A DNA stretch of 64,000 nucleotides, from assembly GCF_006345805.1 (NCBI RefSeq), contig NC_042997.1, forward strand, positions 174,096,001 to 174,160,000, read 5' to 3'. Made by a program: the position numbers and the translations under genes. Under the pieces are notes generated by a model, which worked only from the letters and a program-made list of their open reading frames with translations, ran no database searches and was not told where the DNA came from. Positions 1 to 13,514 of the stretch are shown one piece after another; positions within the stretch are counted from its first letter, which is position 1, and every line of letters starts with the position of its first letter. Source of the DNA: Octopus sinensis. Lineage: Eukaryota.

Positions 1-470
1 TCTGTGTGTGTGTATGTATGTATGTATGTATGTATGTATTATGTATGTATGTATGTATTATGTATGTATGTATGCATGTATGTATGTATATATATATAAC
101 TATGTATGAATTCATTATACATTTTCTATGTGTGTATGTATGTATGCATGTATGTATGTATGTATATATGCATGTATGTATGCGTGTATGCATGAATGTA
201 TATAACTATGAATGAATTCATTATACATTTTCTGTGTGTGTGTATGTATGTATGTATGTATGTATGTATGTATGTATGTATGTATGCGTGTATGCATGAA
301 TGTATATAACTATGTATGAATGCATTATGCATTTTCTGTGTGTATTTATGAGTGTGTGTATGTATGTGTATGTATATATATATAACTATGTATCTATGTT
401 ATGTATATAACTATGTGTGAATGTAGTATGCATTTTCTGTGTGTATACATGTATGTATATATGGATGTAT
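1..470. repeat. ~100-105-bp period minisatellite built around (TATG)n
   Basis: Unit AACTATGTATGAATTCATTATACATTTTCT(A/G)TGTG recurs at about 99, 204, 308 and 408, separated by TATG/TA tracts. Confidence 0.8.
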
Positions 471-972
471 ATACGTATACATATATGAAGCCCTGACCAT
501 ATTACGTGGCTTCCGATTCAGTTTTGTTGCGCAACACCTTAAGGTTCTTGTTCTTTATCTTAGAAATTTTCAAAGGCCTGTGAGGATAACTCCGTAGGCA
601 GAAACATTGGAAGCTTGTTGCAATTACAGTTCTTGATGTTGGGCGATAGACTTCATCCGTTGCCCAGTTAAACTTCTTGGGTTTTAGTTGCTTTTAGCAA
701 ATCTAGTCCTTACAGGCATTCGCAACACATGCCGTATCTTCGATACTTTTATCACTCCTTTCTACCATGAAAAAATGAAACTCAGAAGAGCTCTTTCTCC
801 TCAGACTGAGCTTCTAAAAAGAAATTTGCTTATGTGCTATGTATATAGAAGAAGCGCTGTAGATCAAAATTACTTTAAACGAATAATTTCGAATAGAAAT
901 ACCAAAGAGAAAATTAAAATACAGAAAAAAAAATGATAAAAAGACATAGGGTTAGGGTCAAAATTAGCAACC

Positions 973-1737
973 GGGGCACAATGAGTAACTTCTGATCTCT
1001 CGTTATTTTATTTCAAGGTCTTTGAAATCATTACATTTCAAGTATCGCATCATTGTTTTGTATTAGGAGTAAAATTCGGTCAGCATAGTTGTTGTTGGAG
1101 TTGAGAGAGTCCGAAACATAGTCAGGTAGCAGATCCTTTTCTTTCAAGAAATTTTCCCCTCAATTTTGACCCGATTTTAATCGGTGTCGCTATAAAACAT
1201 CTGGATAATATTTGGTGATAAACAATCAATATTCTTTTCTCTGTTGGATTCAACTTTTCCCACTCTAATGTTTAATTTGATAATTTTCAAGTTCCCAAAA
1301 ACAATACCTAAAATGAGGTCAAATGAGTAATGTGTAATTTCAGTAATTGCTTCTCTTTAACTTCATGGTTAGTAAATATATCTCGAAGAGAACATCCCAG
1401 CAGATCGTGAATAAGCTATGGATAATATTTTATGCTGAGACTTTACCTTTTTTAACAAGTCGTGTTTCGTTCATCATATGCCATTTTCCCCCGATTCTCT
1501 TTCATTTGATCTAGATACTCTTTTACTCTTTCACTTGTTTCAGTCATTTGACTGCGGCCATGCTGGAGCACCGCCTTTAGTCGAGCAACTCGACCCCAGG
1601 ACTTATTCTTTGTAAGCCTAGTACTTATTCTGTCGGTCTCTTTTGCCGAACCGCTAAGTTACGGGGACGTAAACACAGCAGCATCTGTTGTCAAGCGATG
1701 TTGCGGGGACAAACATAGACACACAAACACACACACA

Positions 1738-1793
<56 letters not shown>

Positions 1794-1810
1794 ATATATA
1801 TATATATATC

Positions 1811-1843
<33 letters not shown>

Positions 1844-2213
1844 ATATATATATATACATATATACAACAGGCTTTTTTCAGTTTCTCTCAACTAAATCCA
1901 CTCACAAAGCTTTGGTCGGCCCGGGGCTATAGTAGAAGACACTTGGCCAAGGTGCCACGCAGTGGAACTGAACCCGGAACCATGTGGTTCGTAAGCAAAC
2001 TACTTACCACACAGCCACTCATGCGCCTATATTTATTTATTTATTATTTTTTTTTTTTGTATTCCTGATCTTTCTGAGGATATTGATGTGTATGAGTTTG
2101 TTTTCCGGAGAACTGAAGCGGTAAATTTACCTTATCTTCTCTTACTCATTTTGCCCCAGCCACATTTGTCATTAATATGCACAAAGTAAAAAAACGCCTC
2201 ATTTTGCCCCACC
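973..2213 (+). mobile_element. Possible degraded pogo/Fot1-like DNA transposon, interrupted by a SINE
   Basis: GGGGCACAATGAGTAA (973-988) is inverted relative to TTACTCATTTTGCCCC (2142-2157), with a second CTCATTTTGCCCC at 2198-2210. A weak IPADR..MD remnant near 1390-1430 resembles pogo IP.DRI.NMDET. Confidence 0.25.
1516..2027 (-). mobile_element. tRNA-derived SINE family A (CORE-like, internal TA/TG microsatellite), full length
   Basis: Minus-strand head GGCGCATGAGTGGCTGTGTGGTAAG, B-box-like GGTTCAGTTCC, CCTTGGCCAAGTGTCTTC core, internal (TA)n(TG)n, and tail GGCGGTGCTCCAGCATGGCCGCAGTCAAATGACTGAAACAAGT..(AAAGAGT)n. Many copies occur in the window. Confidence 0.9.
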
Positions 2214-2254
<41 letters not shown>

Positions 2255-2541
2255 CTTACAAATCAAGGGATAAAAGAGTTTCGTCTATCGAGTAATTGGG
2301 ATAACCATCGTGGACACAGAAGGAATCTCCGTTGAAAATGGGAAATATCCAATGCCTCCAGTTAAGAAGTAATGAGACTAACCTGTGTCTTTATTATTTA
2401 ACCCTAATTCAAGTATATCCAGTACTCCATTTCTAATACAATGCTTCTCAAACTTCTTTTTTTTTTCTTTTGACAATCGCTCCTTTTCTTTCACTAAGAA
2501 GTTTTCAATCCAACTTTCTACAATTCAATAATATTAAATAT

Positions 2542-2713
2542 GGGCGCAGGAGTGGCTATGTGGTAAGTAGCTTGCTTACGAACCACATGGTTCCGGGTTC
2601 AGTCCCACTGCGTGGCACCTTGGGCAAGTGTCTTCTGCTATAGCCTCGGGCCGACCAAAGCCTTGCGAGTGGATTTGGTAGACGGAAACTGAAATAAGCC
2701 CGTCTTATATATG

Positions 2714-2764
<51 letters not shown>

Positions 2765-2978
2765 ATGTGTTTGTGTGTCTGTGTTTAACCCCCCCCCACA
2801 ACGCCGCTTGACAACCGATGCTGGTGTGCTTACGTCCCCGTAACTTAGCGGTTCGGCGAAAGAGTCCGACAGAATATGGAGTAGGCTTACAAAGAATAAG
2901 TCCTGCGGTCGATTTATTCGCCTAAAGGCGGTGCTCCAGCATGGCTACAGTAAAATGACTGAAACAAGTAAAAGAGTA
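2542..2978 (+). mobile_element. SINE family A, full length
   Basis: Head GGGCGCAGGAGTGGCTATGTGG, internal microsatellite, tail ending GAAACAAGTAAAAGAGTA. Confidence 0.9.
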
Positions 2979-3003
2979 TATCATATTTACCAATGCATAT
3001 ATA

Positions 3004-3142
3004 TGGTTGTCCCAAAAGTTCGTAGAAAGTCTTGGAAAATAATGGTCTTTATTTTGAGGAATAATTTTTGTTGTTTTTGTTAGTACTTGGCGAGTAAAAA
3101 TTCAATTTTCGCAAGTGTTTACGAACTTTTGGGACAACCTAA
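3004..3142. mobile_element. Mariner-like MITE
   Basis: Terminal inverted repeats GGTTGTCCCAAAAGTTCGTA / TACGAACTTTTGGGACAACC with TA-rich flanks; non-coding interior of about 100 bp. Confidence 0.7.
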
Positions 3143-3357
3143 TATATTCACATCATTATCTAATGTCAATGTTTTAATGACTGACTTTAACACATATATG
3201 AAAAGGCCCTTAAATTTTCGATATAATTTGTAAAATTATACTTTACTTTGCTTCCAATAATTCACATGCATAAATGGTATATCTAGTATGTTTTACTTGT
3301 TTCGGACATTAGACTACGGCCATACTGGGGCCTTGAAGATTTTGATTTTGATTTTTC

Positions 3358-3610
3358 CAGTTTCAGCTAATGAGCTGTGGCCATGCTGGGGCACCGCCAT
3401 TCGGTTTGCTACACGATTTTACCTCACGGATGCTTTTTAGCAAACGCCATCTGATGGTATGTATATATATATATATATTCCACAGGCTTCTTTCAGTTTC
3501 TGTGTACCAAATCCACTCACAAGGTTTTGGCCGGCCCGAGGCTATAGAAAAAACACTTGCCCAATGTGCCACATTGTGGGACTGAGCCCGGAACCATGTG
3601 GTTGGGAAGC
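3358..3610 (-). mobile_element. SINE family A variant carrying a CR1-LINE-derived 3' tail
   Basis: Family-A head at 3480-3610. The segment 3360-3457 aligns with the 3' end of the CR1 LINE at 10410-10508. Confidence 0.8.
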
Positions 3611-4989
3611 AATCAGTTTTTTTCTTACTTGGTATTGTTGATATCGTTGTTATTGATCATGGTGTTGCTGTCTTAAGTGTGTCACATAAACCATTCATCA
3701 CAATATTACATGAAATTTTTTTTTAAAAGTTAATATAATAATAATAATGATTAGTTATATTAACTAATCATATATTAATTAATATAATAACTAAAACTTA
3801 ACTAGCTGTATAGATACATCTATCGCTTCCTACTTTTTTGTCCCCTATAATAATTTCCCGGGGGAGTTACTGCTCACTTTCAAATAGTACTGTTCTAATT
3901 GTTTTCATTCTTTTCTAACATGATAAGGGAGCGAAAGACGCGATTTGAGTATATATTGAATGCGACTTCTGGCAAATCAAAAGGCCACGCAGAGGCCTCC
4001 TGCTGACTCGTCAGCAATTTCTTTTATTACATTAAGTATTATTTTAATTGAAAAAGAAAGGGAAGGAAAAGATGAGAAGGGGTAAGACGAGAAGGGGTAA
4101 GAAATAATAATTATTAGAATGTTTAGTATTAAATATTGTATTACATCGGTATATAAACAGCGCCATGTATCTATCTCTTGATGAAATGAAAACAAAATAT
4201 ATTTAAATGTCGGACGTTGAAGAGCGAAGAGAAAAAGAAAGGAAACTAAATAGGATTGGTTATTTTCTAAAGATATAAAGCCAAGGGTAGTATCAGTTAA
4301 TTTCTATTTTGAAGACAGAATAAAACCTGGGGTCCGAAACATCAGTTTTAATACGTATAGGTTACAAATGAGAGTCCAAGTTGGGAAGAGTGATATTTTC
4401 AATGAAGGAAGATGAGGAGGGGAAAAAAAGTTCCCCCCCTCCACTACAAGAAAAAATAACGAAAGAAAAGAGAAGAAAAAAGATGCAGCGAAACAGAAAT
4501 TATCTTGAATGAGTTGGTTTGTCAACCATAGCGTCGAGAATACAAAAGAAATGAAACGGCTAAATTGTATAAGTGAACATGGAAGGGGTTATACCGTTTA
4601 ACACTATACTGTCGGCGCCACGGAGCACTCAACGTAGGGACGTCTAGTGATATCCTACCGAGCAGAGATTCATTAAGGTGAATCGAGAGATTAGAGGCAA
4701 GGTCAGAGGTTAAGGGATAAGATAAATATCGTTCAAATTACCTCCAAAAGTTGTCAGTTTTATTTTTATTTCTTGATTTGTTATTATTTACATTTCTTTT
4801 TCATCACGGGACATTTGCTGGTCTTTCCCTACCGCACTATACTGCCACTTGTACGGCTAAACTTCCTATGTTTACTGATGCAGACTTTATATGAATACCT
4901 TATCCAGCATTTAATCCTTTCTTCTCTAGGGCTGTGGGACAAAGGGTGTAGGGTCTAGAAAATAACATTGATTCATTGTAATTGAGTTT

Positions 4990-5298
4990 ATGAGAGACCG
5001 GGATGATGATTGCTCTTTTAAGAAGGTTGCTGCAGTTATTGTTGTTTTCTTCCTCTTTTTCTTATTGTTCTTGTTCTTCTTGTTCTTGTTCTTGTTCTCC
5101 TTGTTCTTCTTCTTCTTCTTCTTCTTCTTCTTCTTCTTCTTCTTCTTCTTCTTCTTCTTCTTCTCTTCTTCTACTACTACTACTACTACACTACTACTAC
5201 TACTACCACCACTACTTCTTCTTCATTATCATCACCTTCTTCTTCTTCTTCTTTTCCTTCTCCTTCTTCTTCTACTACTACTACTACTACTACTACTA

Positions 5299-5343
<45 letters not shown>

Positions 5344-5480
5344 TCTTCTTCTTCTTCTGTTTTTTCTTCTTTTTGTTCTTCTTCTTCTGCTTCTTCTCCT
5401 CCTCCTCCTCGTCCTTCTTCTTCTTCTTCTGCTACTACTACTACTACATCATCATCTTCTCCTTCTCCTTCTTTATTTAG
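4990..5480. repeat. Compound trinucleotide microsatellite (TTC)n/(CTA)n
   Basis: Direct reading. It accounts for the poly-F/S/T/L ORFs in the track. Confidence 0.95.
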
Positions 5481-5996
5481 CTCTAGGCCAATGCTGATTG
5501 AGAAAACCTATGAGTATATGTCCTAGTAGTGCTCATCTCGTTATTTTAGCAACACCTACGTAATGTGTCTCTCCTTTTAAGAAGGTAAGGTATGATTTAA
5601 GAGAGACCTGACTGTTATTTTTAGCGGATTGATCATTGACTCGTTTTCAGAAAGATTTCCCATTCAGATAAAGGAAGACGAACAACGACGATATTATTTA
5701 CTTTCTTGACCCTAACATAGCACTGGTACACACTACAATTAATTGAAACTGTTTAAATCTTTGACTAGGAACATCATATGTCATAAGGAAAAATCTAGTC
5801 ATTGCTTGTATGTAAAAATTCCTTTTAAGCCCCTTTACTTTATAAGATATATAATTAACAGTTTCAAACTCAATAATAAGCATATTTTTAGCTGTTTCCA
5901 AAAAGCTTTCAGTCTACAAGTGTCTTGAATATTTTCTTGTCAATTCCTATCAGTTTCAAACCAACTTATAAACAAAATGATTCTAATACCATCGCA

Positions 5997-6067
<71 letters not shown>

Positions 6068-6074
<7 letters not shown>

Positions 6075-6275
6075 TGTTTGTCCCCCGCCATCGCTTGCCA
6101 ACCGAAGTGGGCACGTTTACGTCCCCGAAACTTAGCGGTTCGGAAAAAAGAGAACGATAGAATAAGAACTAGGCTTACAAAAAGGAAGTTCTGGATTCGA
6201 TTTCTTCGACTAAAGGTGGTGCTCCAGCATCGCCGCAGTCAAATGACTGATACAAGTAAACGAATAAAAGAATAT
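6068..6275 (+). mobile_element. SINE family A, 3' half
   Basis: TTTGTCCCCCGCCATCGCTTG...GGTGGTGCTCCAGCATCGCCGCAGTCAAATGACTGA, following (TG)n. Confidence 0.85.
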
Positions 6276-6300
6276 ACATACATACATACATACATACATC

Positions 6301-6379
<79 letters not shown>

Positions 6380-6403
6380 TATGTCTCTCTCTCTCTCTCT
6401 CCC

Positions 6404-6444
<41 letters not shown>

Positions 6445-6449
6445 GGCGT

Positions 6450-7096
6450 GCTGTTAATGCGGTCAGACAACGTACCGACAGTTCGAATGGTGATCGGCAG
6501 TGATGAAATAGAGGAAGTAAGGGAATATGTCTACCTGGGACAGGAAATGAATATGGGCCGAGATATCGAAAAGGAGATCTCACGGAGAGTAAGGGCCGGA
6601 TGGAAGGCGTTTAATGGCATAAGGGATGTGCTCAAGGGAAGGTTGGACAGGACCACCCGCGCTAACCTCATTAACAGTGCAATTCTACCTGCTATGTTAT
6701 ATGGTAGTGAAACATGAGCTACTACAAAGAGAGAAGAGCAGAGACTGGTAACGGCTCAAAGAGCCATGGAAAGATCAATGCTTGGCATCTAGTTCAGAGA
6801 GCACATCAGTAGCGAGATCATCAGAAAGAAGTCCGGCGTGAGAGATGTCATCGCAGTGTATACACGCAGCAAGTATAGATGGGCTGGACACGTCGCTCGG
6901 CTCACCGATAATCGGTGGACCCACGCAGTTGTCGAGTGGTACCCGCGCGAGCAGAAAAGACCACCCGGAAGACCCCACGACGGTGGAGTTACGATTTCAG
7001 GAGGACGATTGAGATCACGTGGATGAGAAAGGCGCGATCCAGAGAGGAGTGGACATCGTGCTGTGACCAGCGGTGTCGGTCAAGGTGATCAAGCTG
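6450..7096 (+). mobile_element. 5'-truncated RTE-clade LINE (RT C-terminus and thumb) with a 12-bp TSD
   Basis: EYVYLGQ..EISRRVRAGWKAF..AILPAMLYGSET* and KYRWAGHVAR..W..AVVEWYPREQKRPPGRP are RTE signatures. In-frame stops are present. ATATATAGGCGT is duplicated at 6438-6449 and 7097-7108. Confidence 0.9.
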
Positions 7097-7103
7097 ATAT
7101 ATA

Positions 7104-7497
7104 GGCGTAGGCATGGCTGTGTGGTAAGTTGTTTGCATCCCAACCACATGGTTATGTGTTCAGTTGCACCGTGTGACACCTTGGGCAAGTGTCTTCTATT
7201 ATAACGTCGGGGCGACGAAAACTTTGTGAGGGATTTTGGTAGACGGAAACTGAGAGAAACCCGTCGTATATATATTTGTGTGTGTGTATGTGTGAGTGTC
7301 TTTCAGTCTGTCTGTGATTTTCTCACCACTATCGCTTGACAGCCGATGCTGGTGTGTTTATGTACAATGTAACTTGGCGTTGCAGCAAAGGCGTCGCTTA
7401 CAAAGAATAAGTCCTGGGGTCAATTTCTTCGACTAAAACCCTTTAAGACGCTACTCCAGCATGGCCGCAGTCAAATGCGTGAAACAAGTAAAAGAAT
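7104..7497 (+). mobile_element. SINE family A, diverged full copy
   Basis: Head GGCGTAGGCATGGCTGTGTGG, core CCTTGGGCAAGTGTCTTC, tail CTCCAGCATGGCCGCAGTCAAATG..AAACAAGTAAAAGAATA. Confidence 0.85.
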
Positions 7498-7499
7498 AT

Positions 7500-7621
<122 letters not shown>

Positions 7622-9223
7622 TATTATATATTATATTTATATTTATATTATATAGAGGGCATTACTATACATAAATGCCACACGCTAGGAGGGACTATTA
7701 AAGTCAAAACTACCAAAATAAATAAACACATCGTACCGAATGCAACTCTTGAAGCAAGTCTTTTAAAAACAGAATTTTGCTTTTAAATTATGTATGCAGA
7801 TGGAAAAATAAAAGCGTGCTTGGAAAACACGCGTAAATGGAGACTTGATCTGCTAGAACTCGCTGCCAAATCTCCATCAAAGCGTTCAAAAATAAATACG
7901 GCGTTTGAATTAGAGGCTTAACACAGCTAAGCGTGAATGTCTTCTAGAAATATTCTTTATAATATCTATTATGATAGTTATAACGCCCGTGAGTTTCGAG
8001 TGTTAAACTTTAAACATACTTGAACTATGGACGGAAATCAAAGGCCCAACTAAAATCATTGACATTTCGAAGCAACTTATAAATTTATACAATAATATTT
8101 GAATACGAAAATTTACAAAATCAGTTTTTCCCCTTCATTTTTGTATTTGGTTTCTCGTTTGTATAAGATGGTTTTTTTCTTAGTGCAAACAAACATTATG
8201 CAGTTTGTCTTAGCAAACGTGCTAAGGGAGTTCTCTACGCATGTGACTCTCTGCTGCGGCGTTCATTTACACTCGTCTGTGCTCGTTAACAATCGTTAAG
8301 TCTGCCTTCGTTTATGTTCGTTCGAGTTCGTCTACGTTCGTATCGATTCGTATAACACACAAACACATCATCTTTCCCCCTCTCTCTCTCTCACACACAC
8401 ACACAGAGGACGTTCTACACACACTCATTAAGATCGAATGATGAGTAAATTGAAGCAGAGCACATGGAATGATGGATGCGTTCTCCGCCGGGATTCAAGA
8501 GAGGGTTAACAATCATAGTGCTAATTCGTTTAAAGCTTTGACATTCTGATCTGGCAGCGAATTTGTGATAATCCAGATTTCAAATGGTGATAATAATGCC
8601 GACGTGATCTTTAACGGCCGCATTTCTCTTCTTCCCCCTCTCTCACTATCTCTTTCTATCTACTCCTACCATCCTCCCCTCTTTCCTTTCATCTGTTTGT
8701 ATCGCTCTTCCTCTCTTTTCTCTCTTGGCCGACAAAGCCGGCAGCTGCAACTGATAATAGTAACGCAGAAAGAGCAGGAATTCACGCGCAAAAACACATG
8801 CGATTTGACGCACTTTGACATTCATATAAATGCTTATGTTTATAGACACACAGACATACAGACTGACAAACAGGCGAGCAGACAGACAGACAGCCAAACA
8901 GACTCGCAAAAATGATAGATACACAGATAGATAAATAGATAAATTGATAATTGTGTCTGCGTGTATATTATATACAAATGAATACACGCACATACACATA
9001 TATATATACATACACACACGTGTGTGCCCGCGTGGATGCATATTTATACATATACGTCACATGCATATATACATATGTAAGTATATATATATACTTATAT
9101 ATATATGTATGCATATATAATATTACTTATATATATGTATGCACATATATATATATATATATGTATGTATGTAATATATATATATATATATATACATACC
9201 TATATATATATATATTATATATA

Positions 9224-9262
<39 letters not shown>

Positions 9263-9337
9263 CATATATATATATATATGTGTGTGTGTGTGGTTGGAGA
9301 AGTTAAGTTATACACACTATTCTTGCATTTTCATATT

Positions 9338-9407
<70 letters not shown>

Positions 9408-10332
9408 TACGCATATACGAATATGTGTGTGTGTGTGTGTGTGTGAAAGAGAGAGCGCTAGAGAGTATGTATCTACTCACAATTTGGCCCTGCTCACAAA
9501 TGTCAGTCACCCGACAATTTTTTTTTCCTTACCATCTCAACATTCCACACCAATTCAGTCCACATTACACTTATAAACCACACCACCACAACACCTCCCG
9601 CCTTTCTGTCCCTGATATCTATAGACCTCGACCTACCCACACCCCTATAAATCGCATTCTTATTCACTTGATCTGATGCCTCTACAGTCACCCTCAACTT
9701 CACCACCTCGTCACTCCTCCACTAAAATGCCTTAACCTCTTCCCCTTCTCGTTTTATTTCAACCATTTCTCACTTTACTCTTTGTATTTAGCTCCCTGCC
9801 AATACAATCTTCACAGTCATTAACACCGATGACACTACTTCCATGACCACCACCACCAGCCCCATTACTAATCACAGTTTTCTTTTGGTAGGTGGGGGTT
9901 GTTTTTGTTTTTGATTTTTGTTTTTTTACAGAAAATGAAATTAAATAAAATATTAGGACAGAAAAAATAATACACAAACTATTATCAAAGCAGAAAAGAA
10001 AATAGTTCAAATATTGAATCTACACACTCACACAATTGCACACACATATATACATACACATACATGCATGCATACACACACATACATAAATACATACATA
10101 CATACATACATACATACATACATACATACATACATACATACATAATATATATATATACACACATATACATATATATACATATGAATATATGTGTGTATAT
10201 ATATGTGTGTATATAAACAGATGAGTGGTACAACAAGGCACCAATATTTACTGGAAAATAGCAATCGATACAAATACGACGCAATTGTAAAGCTTCACTG
10301 CGTATATACAAGCAAATATACGCATTTATACA

Positions 10333-10391
<59 letters not shown>

Positions 10392-10395
<4 letters not shown>

Positions 10396-13300
10396 ATTGA
10401 TTGATTCTAGTTTCAGCTTATGAGCTGTGGCCATGCTGGGGCACCGCCATTTGGTGTTGCTACTTGGTTTCACTTCATGGAGGCTTTCTAGCAACTGCTA
10501 TTTGGTGCATGAGAGAGTTCGATGCAGCTGCCCTCATCTGCCCCTCCTGCCGTGAAGTTGGTTCATCTGGGACACCTGACAGGAAGAGATCCAGCTTCAT
10601 TTTAAAGACATCTGTATCCACCCCATGCAGGTCTCTCAGGTTCTTCGGGAGGATATTGAAGAGCTGTGGGCCTCGGAAGCCCAGGCTATCACAGAATCTT
10701 GTCCTACATCTTGATGGCAGGTTTGGAGTCCTAGGCACCACGCAGTGGCGCCCAGTTCTGGCATTTGCGTAACTCTCGATGCCAAAGTTCAGGACACTTC
10801 CCTCCAGGATCTTCCAGATGTATATTATGGCATATCTTTCCCGCCTACGCTCCAGGGAATATAATTTTAATCTCTAGAGTTTCCCAGTAGCTTACATTCT
10901 GCATAGAGGCTATCTTCTTTGTGTAGCTTCGTTGGATCGCCTCAAGTTCTGTGATCAACTTGACACTGGATGGTGACCATAGCTGAGAGCAATAGTCAAA
11001 GTGGCTTAGGACAAGTGTCTCCAGAGGACCATCATGGTTTCTTGTTCTCTTGTTCTAAAGGTTCTAAGAATCCATCCAGCCAGCCGTCTACATTTCATTG
11101 TCAGTTTAGCAACATGTACATGAAAGGTCGCGTCATCACTCATGTGAATACCCAGGTCACGCACTGATTGTGCCTCTGGGATTGCAATCCCTCCGGTCCA
11201 GTGTATTCATTGGGTATTGCATTCAGTTTTGCATGCTGATAGTATAAAGCTTGAAACTTTCCAGCATGAACTGCATGCTATTCTTTTCAGCCCACTTGTA
11301 TATTTCGTCCAGCTCACATTGCAGGTTTTTAGTGTCCTCAGGGTTCTGTATTGCCTGTGAAACTTTTGTATCATCTGCATAACTTGTGATCGTGGCTCTC
11401 TGCGTGGCTGAGGGCATGTCTGAGAGGGCCATTATGAACAGTAGTGGTCCCAGAACAGTGCCCTGTGGAACACCGCTCACTATTTGTGTGTTAATGGAGG
11501 TGGCCCCATTGGCTACTACCACCTGACTTCTATCCTTCAGAAAGTCATGAAGCCATTCTCCCAGTTTTCTAACTATGTTGAGATCACGCAGTTTGTGACA
11601 TATCATTCCATGATCGACTTTATCAAAGGCCTTTGCAAAGTCGAGATATATCACTTCCACATTTGAGTGGTTGAACAGCCGTTTCAGCACCCAGTCATAG
11701 TGTTGTAGGAGCTGAGTTAAACAGCTTCTCCCTGGTCGGAAACCATGTTGGGTGTCGGGCAGCAAGTCATTCTCTTCAAGGAAGGTGATCAGCTTCCTTC
11801 TGACTATTCGTTCCATGACCTTGCTGATGTGTGGAGGTCAGAGAGATAGGTCTATAGTTCTTGGCTTCCGCTCTGCTACCTCCTTTATGAATGGGGCATA
11901 TTTTACCTTCCTTCAGTTTTCCTGGAAGTTTGCCAGCTGCAAGGAAGCTCTGAAAGAGGAACTGCAGTGGTCTTGCTAGGACTCTCTTACATGCTTTTAG
12001 GAGGATTGCCGGGAATCCATCGGGGCAGTAGCTGAGTCTGTTTTCATTTCATCTATAGCCTTGGTTACATCGTCTTCCTTTATATCGATGTAATCTATCG
12101 TCGCCGCCTCTGATTTTATATCTGCAGTGGTAAAAAAGTCAGTTGGATTGGTGATTTGGAGATGCCCAAGGGGTGGAGTGAAAACACTCTTGAATTGCTC
12201 ATTCAGTATTTCACTACCCTCATTGGTTTTCCTGTAAGTGTGCCATCCTTTTCGAGGAGTGGCCCTATTCTACAGGCACTGTAGCTGTTTCTTTGGCATA
12301 CCTGTAGAAAGCTCTGGGGTTAGATTTTATGTTTTCTATAGCCCAGGCTTCTTGTCTGCTCTTTCTTTTTCATGGAGAGTTGCAGACATTTTTCGATTTC
12401 CAACAGTTTTTTTTTAGGCGGGACTTTTCACTGCTTTCAATCTGTTTGTTTAGGCGATTTGAAAATTTCGTACTCCGTCTCATTAAAATTTTCCTCTCTC
12501 TGGGGATTTTGTTCTTGTGTACAGTGGCCTTTCTCTCTGGGACACATTTGTAGCATATGGCTTGCATTACAGACATGAATTGTTGAAGTTTCACGTCGAT
12601 GTCTGGCGAGGAGAGACATTTAGGCCAGTTTTGTTTGAGGATCTCTTTCTCAATTTGTTTCCAGTTTGCCTTATGGTAGTTCAAGCTGGAAAGATTTTGA
12701 GGGTTTCTTGTAGGCTGCATGTCCGTGCTCTCTTTTGGCCCGTACATGGTCAGCTCTATCATGTTGTGATCCAGAGTAGTGTCGGTGTCACTTTCACATT
12801 ATGGATGAGATCCATGTCATTTGTGAAGCAGAGATCCAGTGGTTACCTGCCCTGGTTGGTTGGAGTATTACCTGCTCCATGTACAGGGTGTTGATGAGGT
12901 TCAGGAGGGACCTCGCCTGTCCTCGTTCACATCTTGTCATTCCTGGAGAGAAAGGCCCTCGGGCCATCTGACATTGGGCAGATTGAAGTCTCCCATAAGA
13001 AGCACACCTATGTGTTGTTCTAATGTGGTTAGAATTTCTTCTATTTTTATAAGGCAGTCTTCAAACTTGCCCACATGGCTTGGGGCATCTGGAGGCGATA
13101 TGTGTAGCACACCACAACTACATCAAGTTGCCTAATATTACAATTAGTGTGTCACACACCGAGTTTGAGTATGACAAGAGGACCTGGGGTGTGAGGTCCT
13201 CACGGATGTACATAGCAACACCTCCATGACTCCTTCTTTCCTGTCGGTCCGTAGTACACATACTGTGGTATGTGTAACTCCGCATCTGCTATGTCCGGTT

Positions 13301-13432
13301 TCAGGTGCGTGCGTTTCTGTAAGTGCTATGCATAAGGCTTGATTGCATGCAACAAAGTCTCTCAGGAACGGGATCTTTGTCCTGTTACTGAGTGTTTGCA
13401 GTCCTCTGATGTTCAGTAGGAGTATCGAGGTG

Positions 13433-13434
<2 letters not shown>
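10392..13434 (-). mobile_element. CR1-clade LINE, ORF2 (APE endonuclease + RT) nearly complete but frameshifted, (TCAA)n tail
   Basis: APE start SILLLNIRGL..IALTETH. RT motifs QHGFRPGRSCLTQLL, YLDFAKAFDKVDH, SGVPQGTVLGPLLF, YADDTK. C-terminus FRGPQLFNILPKNLR..FKMKLDLFLSGVPDEP. Both ends abut (TA)n. Confidence 0.95.
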
Positions 13435-13484
<50 letters not shown>

Positions 13485-13514
13485 TTAAAAAGGAGATGTG
13501 GAACACGACTTGTG

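Noticed and set aside
2542-2620. tRNA-like A/B boxes read as tRNA genes (also at 42470-42539 and 59360-59430)
   Set aside because: They are SINE heads that continue into SINE bodies, with no complete cloverleaf.
4001-4016. Palindrome TGCTGACTCGTCAGCA resembling a Maf recognition element
   Set aside because: The spacing differs from both T-MARE and C-MARE, and a single short palindrome is expected by chance.
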